A stretch of 32,520 nucleotides of DNA, taken from contig NC_068985.1 of assembly GCF_001194135.2 (NCBI RefSeq), forward strand, positions 72,755,719 to 72,788,238, written 5' to 3'. Below the pieces are notes generated by a model that saw only the letters and a program-made list of their open reading frames with translations, searched no databases and was not told where the DNA came from. Positions 1-32,520 of this stretch are shown piece by piece. The DNA comes from Octopus bimaculoides (lineage: Eukaryota). Both the position numbers and the translations under genes were made by a program. Positions within the stretch are counted from its first letter, which is position 1; the number at the start of each line of letters is the position of its first letter.

Positions 1-48
<48 letters not shown>
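1..48. repeat. (TG)n(TA)n microsatellite
   Basis: Direct reading. Confidence 0.95.
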
Positions 49-53
<5 letters not shown>

Positions 54-901
54 TCTGATCAATAAGTATCCGTACTGTTGTCATAGTAACGAAGCTAAAG
101 CACACAGAGTGAAGCTACTTGGCAAAGATTGACCTTGAACTCTGCTGTGCTGCATATGAAGTTTAATGCTCTAGCTCACTTCTGCTGTTTACAGCAGTAC
201 TTGGAAGGAAGGTGTGTAGCTTGTGATTGTCACATTGACCATGACAGAAAGTTTTTGTGGTAATATCTGCTCAGAGGCCGACACAAAGTTGCAGAAAGTG
301 TATGAGCTGCACACAAGTGTACTAGTGGTTCAGATATTTCCAAGATGGCCAAAAAAATGTCAATATTGATGACCGTTCTGGGAGGCCTTCGACCAGCAGA
401 ACTGAGAAAAACCTCACAGATGTGCATGGAGCTGTGAGAGGAAATTGTTGAATCACCATCCGTGAGTTATCAGAAGATGTGCATATTAGTTACGGTTCTG
501 TTCAGTCCATTATCACTGAAGATTTGGGTATGAGACGCTTGTCTGCCAAGTTTCAGCTGACCAAAAAGACACTTGGGTTTCAGTTGCACTATATCTCCTT
601 GATTGTGTTGAGAATGATGAAAACTTTCTGAAAAACTTGCCGCAGCCTCTGAGCAGGTATTGCCAAGCTTTTGGCAAAATATGATGTAGATTCTCTGCTC
701 AACTTTCTCTGTCATCGTCAAAGCGATGATCAAATGCTACACACCTTCCTTTGAAGCACTGCTGTACAGAAGTGAGCTAGAACATTGAACCTTAAGGCAC
801 ATGCACAGCAGATTTCAAGGTCAATCTGTGCCAAGCAGCTTCTCTCTGCATGCTTTAGTTTCATTACTATTGCAACAGTCCGAATAATTATTGATCAGAC
901 C
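49..901. mobile_element. Non-autonomous mariner derivative with long inverted arms made of two 5' ends
   Basis: About 49-290 aligns to the reverse complement of about 635-901. The + strand 250-636 encodes decayed mariner transposase (WFRYFQDGQKNVNIDDRSGRP...DLGMRRLSAKF...DCVENDENFLKN). The - strand 733-637 encodes the transposase N-terminus (MTEKVEQRIYIIFCQKLGNTCSEA). Confidence 0.85.
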
Positions 902-928
902 ACACACACACACACACATATATACATA

Positions 929-986
<58 letters not shown>

Positions 987-1062
987 CATATATATACACG
1001 TATATATATATGTGTGTGTATATATATATATATGTATGTATGTGTGTGTGTGTGTGTGTGTA
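902..1062. repeat. Compound (CA)n/(TA)n/(TG)n microsatellite
   Basis: Direct reading; source of the spurious HTHT/YIYI ORFs. Confidence 0.95.
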
Positions 1063-1265
1063 TCCTTAGTCCCCCTGTCACTGCTTGACAACTAGTGTTG
1101 GTGTGTTTACATCCCCATAACTTAGCGCTTTGGCAAAAGAGACCCATAGAATAAGTACTAGGCTTAAAAAAAGTAAGTCCTGAGGTCAATTTGTTTGACT
1201 AAAACCCTTTAAGCTGGTGCTCCAGCATGGCCACAGTCAAATGACTGAAACAAGTAAAAGGATAA
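1063..1265 (+). mobile_element. 3' half of SINE family B
   Basis: ggtgtgtttacatccccataacttagc...gctccagcatggccacagtcaaatgactgaaacaagtaaaag recurs at 5212-5390 (+) and about 18578-18745 (-). Confidence 0.8.
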
Positions 1266-1755
1266 ACGAATAATTCTAGAACCTCACTATTCAATGAGTT
1301 CATCCTTTTTAAGATGGTAGGTTGTGATTTAAATGAGATTTGGCTGCTATTTCTAACAGGATGAGTGACTGCGAAGAATATTTTACAGTTTGAAATTGAT
1401 TACAGTTTGTAATGATCCAGTTTATGAAGGTTTGCTAATTAATGTCCTGAAAGTTTAATATCCATTCCTCATTAGGTGACCTGTATTTGTGAACATACCT
1501 GCCTAGGTTATTGAACTTATGAACTTGTATTTCGTGGAGAGTTTCAATATTATTTCTCTAGTATGCAGCACAAAATAGAAAGTCTTATGAATTCAATTCT
1601 AGCTTTAGCATTTACATGATGCACACATGTGCTCTGATACACAAACATGCTCACAGACTCGCATAAACATGTATATATATGCATGCAACACATTCAAAAG
1701 AAAGTTGACGCTAATAATCCAGATGCTTCATTTTTGTCTATTACCATTATTATTA

Positions 1756-1971
1756 AAGGCAGTGAGCTGGCAGAATTGTCAGTGTGCCGGATGAAATGTT
1801 TAGCGATGTTTTGTTTGCAGCTGTGTTCTGAGTTCAAGTTTTGCTCAGGCTGACTTTACTTTTCATCCTTGTCTGGTCGATAAAATAAGTACCAGTTGAA
1901 CATTGGGGGGGTCAATGTAATCGACTTAATCCCTCCTCCAAATTTGCTGCCCCTGTGGCAAAATTTGAATC

Positions 1972-1972
<1 letters not shown>
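1756..1972 (+). mobile_element. tRNA-derived SINE family A, copy 1
   Basis: gagctggcagaatt head with A-box-like motif, B-box-like gagttcaa, followed by (ATT)n. Related copies at 2294, 2547, 2833, 4746, 16944 (+) and 24540-24740 (-). Confidence 0.85.
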
Positions 1973-2022
<50 letters not shown>

Positions 2023-2025
<3 letters not shown>

Positions 2026-2281
2026 AGAGTGAGAAAGCAGTGCATGCCATCAAAGTGACACTGGGATAAAATATACTATGTCCATTATACCCATCATGAC
2101 TACCCGTCTGATAAGGGTACACCAGGCACATGCATCACAACCATATGTGCACGACATGGTGATCTCATATCAAGATAAACAGAGCATGACCTCGCAGGTG
2201 GGGCTTAGAATTTTCTTCATGTCAAGTAGCCGATCCTGCTCAAAAGGTCCCTGAATAAGGTTTGTCTAAGGATGTTGAGCA
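2023..2281. mobile_element. Interspersed repeat embedded in (ATT)n, probably the 3' end of an (AAT)n-tailed retroelement on the - strand
   Basis: GC-richer block bounded on both sides by ATT repeats. The family assignment is inference only. Confidence 0.45.
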
Positions 2282-2293
2282 ATTATTATTATT

Positions 2294-2506
2294 AAGGCGG
2301 GGAGCTGGCAGAATCATAAGTGCGCTGGACTAAATGCTTAGCGGTATTTCACCTGTTATTACTTTCTGAGTTCAAATTCCGCCGAGGTCGACTTGACCTT
2401 TCATCCATTCAGGGTCAATAAAATAAGTACCTATTGAACCCTGGGGTTGATGTAATCGACTCATCTCCTCCTCCAAAATTGCTATCCTTGTAGCAAAATC
2501 TGATAC

Positions 2507-2507
<1 letters not shown>
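2294..2507 (+). mobile_element. SINE family A, copy 2
   Basis: aaggcggggagctggcagaatc...ctgagttcaaattccgccgaggtcgac..., flanked by (ATT)n. Confidence 0.88.
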
Positions 2508-2543
<36 letters not shown>

Positions 2544-2546
2544 ATA

Positions 2547-2760
2547 AAAGCAGCAAGCTGGCAGAATTATTAGCATGCCGAGTCAAATGCTTAGCGACAT
2601 TTCATGTCTTTATGTGGTGATTTCAAATGCTGCTGGGATCAATTTTTGCCTTTCATCCTTTCAGGGTTTGTAAAATAAGTACCAGTTGAACACTGGGGGT
2701 CAATCTAATTGAATTATTCCCTCACTTGAAACTGTTGGCCTTGAGCTAAAATTTGAAATC
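2547..2760 (+). mobile_element. SINE family A, copy 3
   Basis: Same body (gcaagctggcagaatt...aaataagtaccagttgaacactggggg), flanked by (ATT)n/(CAT)n. Confidence 0.85.
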
Positions 2761-2791
2761 ATCATTGTCTTCTTCATCATCATCATCATTA

Positions 2792-2832
<41 letters not shown>

Positions 2833-2834
<2 letters not shown>

Positions 2835-3047
2835 AGCAGTGAGCTGGCAGAATTGTTAGTATGTCGGGCAAAATATCTAGCAGCATTTCGTCTGTCTTCA
2901 TGTTCTGAGTTGAAATTCTGCCGAGGTCACCTTCGCCTTTCATCTTTTCAGGGTCAATGAAATAAGTACTTGTTACGCACTGGGGTTGATGTAATCAACT
3001 TATCTCCACGCCCCAAATTTCAGGCCTTGTGTCTATAGTAGAAAGTA
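2833..3047 (+). mobile_element. SINE family A, copy 4
   Basis: aaagcagtgagctggcagaatt...ctgagttgaaattctgccgaggtc..., flanked by (ATT)n. Confidence 0.85.
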
Positions 3048-3091
3048 TGATTATTATTATTATTATTATTATTTATTATTATTATTATTAT

Positions 3092-3368
3092 TGTTCAGTA
3101 GTTTTATTTTTATAACGTGCTTTCACTTCGCTACCGAGCGCAGCTCTGTGTGCCTTGGATATGTGCTGTAGTTTGCTGTGATGCTCTTATGGTTACTGTA
3201 TTGAAAGTGTTTTGCGTAGGATGTGTGCAGTGCCCAGTAGTGCAATTTTCTATATGTTATATATATTTGTAAGCCCTGGTGTTTTTGTTATGTATTTGTC
3301 TGAATATTTTTTTTATTATACCTAAGGCACCTACTATGATAGGAATTGTTTCTGTTTTTAGATTCCAC
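3092..3368 (-). mobile_element. 3' end of an RLE-type non-LTR retrotransposon (R4/Dong/Hero-like), pseudogenised, runs into a gap
   Basis: The - strand reads WNLKTETIPIIVGALGIIK, then (frameshift) KYSDKYITKTPGLTNIYNI*KIALLGTAHILRKTLSIQ* (stop 3193-3195), about 100 nt of 3'UTR and an (AAT)n tail (3049-3091). Confidence 0.8.
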
Positions 3369-4066
3369 NNNNNNNNNNNNNNNNNNNNNNNNNNNNNNNN
3401 NNNNNNNNNNNNNNNNNNNNNNNNNNNNNNNNNNNNNNNNNNNNNNNNNNNNNNNNNNNNNNNNNNNNNNNNNNNNNNNNNNNNNNNNNNNNNNNNNNNN
3501 NNNNNNNNNNNNNNNNNNNNNNNNNNNNNNNNNNNNNNNNNNNNNNNNNNNNNNNNNNNNNNNNNNNNNNNNNNNNNNNNNNNNNNNNNNNNNNNNNNNN
3601 NNNNNNNNNNNNNNNNNNNNNNNNNNNNNNNNNNNNNNNNNNNNNNNNNNNNNNNNNNNNNNNNNNNNNNNNNNNNNNNNNNNNNNNNNNNNNNNNNNNN
3701 NNNNNNNNNNNNNNNNNNNNNNNNNNNNNNNNNNNNNNNNNNNNNNNNNNNNNNNNNNNNNNNNNNNNNNNNNNNNNNNNNNNNNNNNNNNNNNNNNNNN
3801 NNNNNNNNNNNNNNNNNNNNNNNNNNNNNNNNNNNNNNNNNNNNNNNNNNNNNNNNNNNNNNNNNNNNNNNNNNNNNNNNNNNNNNNNNNNNNNNNNNNN
3901 NNNNNNNNNNNNNNNNNNNNNNNNNNNNNNNNNNNNNNNNNNNNNNNNNNNNNNNNNNNNNNNNNNNNNNNNNNNNNNNNNNNNNNNNNNNNNNNNNNNN
4001 NNNNNNNNNNNNNNNNNNNNNNNNNNNNNNNNNNNNNNNNNNNNNNNNNNNNNNNNNNNNNNNNNN
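3369..4066. other. Assembly gap (other gaps: 5062-5211, 18209-18349, 21257-21266)
   Basis: Runs of N. Confidence 1.
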
Positions 4067-4510
4067 ATTCCCACTAACACAATTATCACCATTATCAGTT
4101 TCATAACAATCCTTATCTTCACCATTGTCATTACAACCATCATTATCATTGTCCACTGACAGTGACAAGGCAACACTTGTTAATGACCATATAAGGAGAC
4201 ACTGACATTCCAAAGGGGGTGCATCTACATAGTTTTCCAAGTTATTAGAAACATCAGTCAAACCTTCCTCATGTCATAATTTCATATCTATCTTAAGAAT
4301 AATGGAATACGCATTGGATAATGTGGTCAGAGATAACACTGCAGGAAAAATAAGGTGGGATGGTTATAGCTGGTTGATTTCTTATCATAGGTCTTCTTTA
4401 TCAGGTTTGACTTTGGGCTAAATAGCAACAGCTTCGCTACCACCAGATATAATCACTACTCTTAACAAAGAAATACACTTACGATGGTATGACACCTTCC
4501 TAAATCTTTC

Positions 4511-4670
4511 AGGTGTGGTAAGAAGTTTGTTTCCCAACCACATGGTTCTGGTTTCAGTCCCACTGCATGGTATTTTGGGCATGTGTCTTGTAGTGTAGCC
4601 TTGGCCCACTAGAGCTTTGTGAGTGGATTAGGTACTCAAAACTGAAAGAAGCCTGTCTTGTGTGTGTGTG
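4511..4670 (+). mobile_element. SINE family B, 5' half (tRNA-like head)
   Basis: gtgtggtaagaagtttg...ggtttcagtcccactgc...actgaaagaagcctgtc followed by (TG)n; similar to 4897-5040. Confidence 0.75.
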
Positions 4671-4896
4671 TGATAAAAGATAAATACTAGGCCTCACACA
4701 CTGATGATCTTTCAGCACTACCACATGCAAAAAATATATGTATAAGGCAGTGAATTGGCCATGTCATTACAATGCATTGCAATAGGTATTCAAGCTCTTT
4801 ATTTTCTGAGTTCAAATCCAGCTGAGCTCAAATTTACTTTTTATCATTTTGGTGTTGATAAATAAAATACCCCAAAATGCCATAAATATAAATATA

Positions 4897-5390
4897 GGCA
4901 CTGGAGTGGCTGTGTGGTAAGAAGTTTGCTTCTCAACCATTTGTGTGGCATCTTGGGCAAGTGTTTTCTACTATAGCCTCAGGCTGACCAAAGCCTCGTG
5001 AGTGGATTTGGTAGACAGAAACTGAAAGAAGCCTGTCATATATATATATATATATATATATNNNNNNNNNNNNNNNNNNNNNNNNNNNNNNNNNNNNNNN
5101 NNNNNNNNNNNNNNNNNNNNNNNNNNNNNNNNNNNNNNNNNNNNNNNNNNNNNNNNNNNNNNNNNNNNNNNNNNNNNNNNNNNNNNNNNNNNNNNNNNNN
5201 NNNNNNNNNNNCCGCCACAATTTCATGACTCTGATATTGGTGTGTTTACATTCCGTAACTTAGCTGTTCGGCAAAGAGACTGAGAGTACTAGACCTACAA
5301 AGAGTAAGTCCTGGGATCGATTTGTTCAACTAAAGGCAGTGCTCCAGCATGGTTGCAGTCAAATGACTGAAGCAAGTAAAAGAATAAAAT
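4897..5390 (+). mobile_element. SINE family B, probably one full copy with an internal (TA)n microsatellite collapsed into a gap
   Basis: 5' half 4897-5040, then (TA)n and N-gap 5062-5211, then 3' half 5212-5390 matching 1063-1265. Confidence 0.7.
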
Positions 5391-5595
5391 GCCAAAAATC
5401 TAGAGTGGTGGATTGGTGGAATGTTTGAGTATCAGATAAGATACCTTGCGCCATCTGTTTCAACCTTAGGCATTTGAAGTTCAAATTTATCACATGTCAT
5501 GAGGAAAGGGAGAAATGGATCCTTTGAGATCCAATTAGAATAATGATAAGCTATTGATATCTGTAAGCAGTACTCCTCAATAATGAACAATCAGT

Positions 5596-5627
<32 letters not shown>

Positions 5628-5749
5628 ACAGTTGAATGTTTACAAAAAGAAACATCATTGTAGTTATGTTTGCTTCCTATACTGGCTTTGGATTGCATCT
5701 GATTTCTTTGTCTAAGAAGCAGTTTACAATGCTATTACTGTGCCTGAGT

Positions 5750-5960
5750 CATTGGGTATGACACCTTCCTTTGTATTACCTGATTAACTATTCAGGTGTC
5801 TAGCATGTCTCCTACTTCATTTGGTATTTTGAGCATCTCAGCAAGTATTCCTCATGGGCTAGCAGCTTTCTCTACCTTCGTATCTTCAATCGCCCTATCT
5901 ACCATACAACTGTCAGCTTCAATTGCCGACTGCTCTGTTTGTTAAACTGCCGTCAGCACC
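5750..5960 (-). mobile_element. Decayed RTE-clade LINE ORF fragment
   Basis: The - strand reads ...IEDTKVEKAASP*GILAEMLKIPNEVG...IVNQVI, the K..KA.G..G...E..K region upstream of RT. It is similar to the sequence around 15090-15420. Confidence 0.55.
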
Positions 5961-6187
5961 GAGGCAAAGGTGCCTCTATCATTCTAGATATACTTCTTTC
6001 CAATGACTGCTAGTTTTCTCAGCCATACTGTCTTCTAATCCAGAACACCTCTCTCACTCACACGCACACATACACACATACACACACATTATATATATAT
6101 GAGAGAGATATAGATAGGTAGATAGTTAGATACACACACAAACACACATGCACACCCAAGTATATACATTGTGTGTGTGTGTTTGTG

Positions 6188-6223
<36 letters not shown>

Positions 6224-6226
<3 letters not shown>

Positions 6227-6447
6227 TCATCATCATCATCATTGTTTAACGTCCGCTTTCCATGCTGGCATGGGTTGGACGGTTTGACTGGGGACTGGTG
6301 AACCAGATGGCTGCACCAGGCTCCAATCTGATCTGGTAGAGTTTCTACAGCTGGATGCCCTTCCTAACGCCAACCACTCCGAAAGTGTAGTGGGTGCTTT
6401 TATGTGCCACCGGCACGAAGGCCAGTCAGGCCACACTCAAATGGTGT
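6224..6447 (-). mobile_element. 5'-truncated RTE-type retroposon 3' end, (GAT)n tail
   Basis: (CAT)n followed by gtttaacgtccgctttccatgc...ggatgcccttcctaacgccaaccac; same family as 13684, 16553, 20015, 22643, 25765 and 28742. Confidence 0.85.
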
Positions 6448-6449
6448 TA

Positions 6450-7989
6450 TTATATGTAATTCAAAACTATAAAGCCACATATTTTTACAAGTTATTTAGA
6501 AATTTAGCTTTGTATTTAAGTGGACATATGGCATAATATATTGTAAATGGGTATTTTGTAAATACTTTGAAATGTAATCCTTGTATCTTTATTATAACAT
6601 TACAACACCTGATTTTCCAATTTTCCCATGAATATCAACACTTCAAAACTGTAAAGCCACTAATACATTTTCGTTTCTTTCTGGATTGTTTTAGAAAATA
6701 TCGTATTCACCATAATCCAAATTACATTTCCAGTATGCCTAAAGCTACAAAGCTTTCCAAAATTGAACAAGGGAAGATTCTTGAACTGAAAGCAGAAGGA
6801 ATGAGTAACCAGAAGATTGCCAAGAAGATTCGATGAAACAGAACGCCAGTGGACAATATTCTGAAAGATCCTGAAGGCTACAACAGGGTTCATGCTGGTA
6901 GATGTCCCAAGACTACACCAGAAAGGGATGAAAGGGCCATTGTCAGAGCTGTGAAGAAATCACACTGCTCTTCTGTTTCCAAAATCAAGGCATCAGCAGG
7001 AGCAGGAGCCTCAACAACCACTGTAAGAAGATTGATTTTGAACCATGGCTGCCACTTGTAGAGGCAGCTAGGATGTCTGTTATTGTTCCCTTCCCACAAA
7101 GCTGTTAGATTGGAGTTTGCTTGGCAGCATCAGATACGAGATGGTGAATGGGTCAGGGTTCTGTTCTCTGATGAGGAAAATGCAATTTGGATGGTGCCAA
7201 TGGTTACTGGGCAGATAAATGTATACAAAATTCTACTTATTCCAAGTGGTAGAACAGCGGAGGAGGTCTTATGGTTTAGGAAGCTGCCACTTGTCATCAT
7301 GGATAGCTATTTCAGTACTGCATGATACATCAATATGTTGGATGGGACTCACGTTGACAAAGAAGGAAGGTTTCATGATGAGAACTTCATGTTTCACCAG
7401 GACAGTGCTCGTATTCATAAAGCAAAGGCAATTTTGGATTTCCTCCATGCAATTGGGGTTGAAATCATGCCATAGCCAGCAAGAAGTCACAACCTTAACC
7501 CTATAGAGAATTCCTGGGGGTATCTCATGAATGTTGTGTAAAGCGAAGGCAAGTAGTATTCATCTGTTGATGAGCTTGAAACGGCAATAAAGAAGGCCTG
7601 GGGAGAGCTTTCACTTGATCTGCTGCAGAAGTTGATTGGGAGCATGAAATCACGTATCTTTGAAGTAAACCAGAAAGGCGGTGGTCAAACACACTTTTGT
7701 TGATGTATTGCATGAGAATATCATTGAAATAAATCATAATTTTCTTGTTTTGCCTCATTTTTGCAACATTATTCAACCTGGTGTTATAGTTTTGAACAGG
7801 TTTCTGGCTCCTTTTTTTTTTTTTTTTGAATCATCTAATTTATTTTTGAATTTCAATAAATTTGAATATTGCAATGCTTTCTTCTATTCCATTTCCTGTC
7901 TAGATATGAGTTTCATGATTTTCGGTAATATAGTTAGTTCACCAGAAAACACTGACAGTGCTCTGGCTTTATAGTTTTGAAGAGCAGTT
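6450..7989 (+). mobile_element. Tc1-family, Tc3-like DNA transposon with decayed transposase (about 6735-7703)
   Basis: Reads MPKATKLSKIEQGKILELK..., ERDERAIVR, VLFSDE, GGGLMV, FHQDSARIH, PARSHNLNPIENSWG across stops and frameshifts. Terminal motif ttcaaaactataaagcc at 6460; inverted copy ends at 7981, and TA follows at 7990-7991. Confidence 0.9.
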
Positions 7990-8343
7990 TATATTTGTGG
8001 CTAAAACTGCAGGTGGAGGATTGGATTCCACAGTTATTACAGGAGTTATCTTCAGACTTCTTTACAGGTGTTTTTCATAGCTTGCAAGAGTGATGAAGGG
8101 TGCATGCACATGCACAGGAAAGAGTTTCTTTTTTCAACGAGATAACATATTAGTTTATAATTATCATTATTTGATTCATTGTTTTTCTCTGTTGTTTTAC
8201 TGGAATTGGTTTCTGTTGACTTTTAAATCTATTGTTTTGTTTATAAATCCTAACAATGTAGATTTGTCTTTTGCTGATTTTTGTATTAAATATTTGAAGT
8301 AAATATTTGTACTAAGTACATTTTTCCTGTTTTACATTTCCAG

Positions 8344-30918
<22,575 letters not shown>

Positions 30919-32520
30919 GTATAATACTTTATATTTTTTTAAAACTTGAATTTTTTTCTTTTTACAAAAATCTTAATAACCAAACCATTTGTTATAATTA
31001 GATATTTCACTTCTTATAAATGATATTACTTTTTCTTTTTTATGTATTCATGTATACTGCTGTTCTTGTTTGTTATTCATCCATTTTATTTCACCACCTT
31101 TATTTACATATAAATTGTTCAGGAGACTGGTTTGACTACTCAATGTCTTTCTTCTTATAAGCAAAGATTCATGGACATTTTGTAACCAAGAATTAGTGGA
31201 TATTCATGATTAGGCAAACTAATGTGGAAAAAGTAGTGTATCTTGTGTAATGGTTTTGATGGTTGCATCTGTATTTGATCTTGTGTCTTTGGCATCAGTC
31301 ACATTGCCTCTTACTGTAATATGGTTGTTTTTTTTAAATATTTGCAAATAAGTTTGGTGAGCATGCCTTTCTGAGCCATATTTGCAATTGATGTGAGCTG
31401 AAAGAGTGAAAGAGAAGAGAGAGAGAGAAAAAAATTGGTATTTAGTATCAAATTACCTTCTCACTGGTATAGTTTAGTGAACCAAGATCCAACCTCCAAG
31501 CAAGATCACAAGTGGAACTTATATTTTAACTCATTTTTCTCATGCTTTTATGAGTTGGTTGTCTCTGGCTTTTGTGATATTTTTTTTCTTTTGCAAGTGT
31601 AGTATGTATTTTCAAAACCCGCAATTAATATGTAATTAAAACTGAAACTCACTAGAAATATTGGGCCTCCTAATCATTAAAAGGAAGAAAGGAAATTGAT
31701 TGAAGAAAGTAAACAAAAGTAATATAACATGTCCAGTTTCCCATTGTTTACATCACTTTTGGGATGTTATTTAATTTCTGTTTGGGTTCTTTGCATATAG
31801 TGAATATGTGCGAGTGTGACAATAATGAAACTTGTTGGCAATCAAAGCTAATGTAATGAATAATGTGCAAGTCAATATGTTTTTTAAATGTTTAATAAAA
31901 CCTTCAGAACCATTATAGATGTTAGTTATGTCTCATATTCACAGATGTTTCCACCTGGCAATCTTACAACCACAACATAGCAAAAACTGCATTCTTCTCA
32001 TTAGAAAATACTTCATCCTTGAACAACTGTTGATTTTGTAGAATGGAATATTAGTCTCACAGCTGGAATTACACTAGCACTACATGGAACATCTTCTGGA
32101 TTACAACCAAAACTAGGGCTTATTGATAGGGATTCACTCATCAACACGTACTAACCTTTAGCCAACAGATGTACTGTGCTTCATTCTACCTTTTCAAGTG
32201 TTACTACGATAGCCCCTACTTCTCAGGAATACCAAATTCACCTAAATCAACTTGACACACCTGTTCCTCTTTTCTCTTTCTCTTGTCAAACATTTTTATT
32301 CCCAGTCCCCCATCCCGACACCACTAACCCCTGTACCCACCTAATCCTCCTTATATAGAATGTCAGTTCCTTTAGAATTGTCTTTCTCTTCTCAGTCGCA
32401 TTTTCCCTGAAAGTGTCAACTTGTAGCTATTAGAACTAAACATCAAAGCATCAATCATACCCATCAATCATGGGTACCATTCCTTCATTTTTAATGATAA
32501 CGAAAAATAAAGTTTATATA

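Noticed and set aside
785-1189. ORFs rich in [12 protein letters not shown]
   Set aside because: These are translations of dinucleotide microsatellites, which lack stops in some frames. The same applies to poly-N, poly-L, RERE and SLSL ORFs elsewhere.
1756-3047. CRISPR-like repeat-spacer array
   Set aside because: Eukaryotic context; the units are about 215-bp diverged SINEs separated by microsatellites, and there are no cas genes.
3257-4261. Long ORFs of 243-334 aa
   Set aside because: They are long only because they run through N gaps; the same holds for the ORFs at 4933-5228 and 18163-18403.
4701-4707. Other CTGATGA matches (4701, about 7148, about 10264, about 16926) as hammerhead cores
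   Set aside because: None has a stem II followed by GAAAC and a compatible stem I. The 7148 match is the FSDE codons of the Tc3-like transposase.
8040-8150. Possible upstream ATP7 exon after tttacag at 8067 (Cys/His-containing frames)
   Set aside because: No GMxCxxC motif or HMA pattern in any frame and no convincing donor.
30919-32520. Next ATP7 exon containing the CPC motif
   Set aside because: No FAFQ/CPC-like coding sequence was seen, so it must lie beyond the window.

Overview
AT-rich, repeat-dense eukaryotic DNA with four assembly gaps. It is most likely an octopus (coleoid cephalopod) genome; this is inferred from the repeat families, not proven. The + strand carries 11 internal coding exons (8344-30918; 2673 nt, 891 codons, all GT-AG, splice phases consistent) of the copper-transporting P1B-type ATPase ATP7 (ATP7A/ATP7B ortholog). 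They encode the C-terminal half of one metal-binding domain (MBD), a cysteine-less cryptic HMA-like domain, five intact GMxCxxC MBDs, the first transmembrane helices and the actuator domain with TGE. The first coding exon and the CPC/DKTGT/N-domain exons are not visible. The introns contain mariner, Tc3-like, piggyBac and hAT DNA transposon relics, RTE and RLE-type LINE fragments, several tRNA-derived SINE families and microsatellites. The most notable finds are: a TSD-flanked, tRNA-headed SINE carrying a minimal dimer-type hammerhead ribozyme (14622-14878); a cryptic seventh HMA-like domain; a 65-bp-arm foldback hairpin; a mariner rearranged into long inverted arms; and a stack of retroposons inside (ATT)n repeats.
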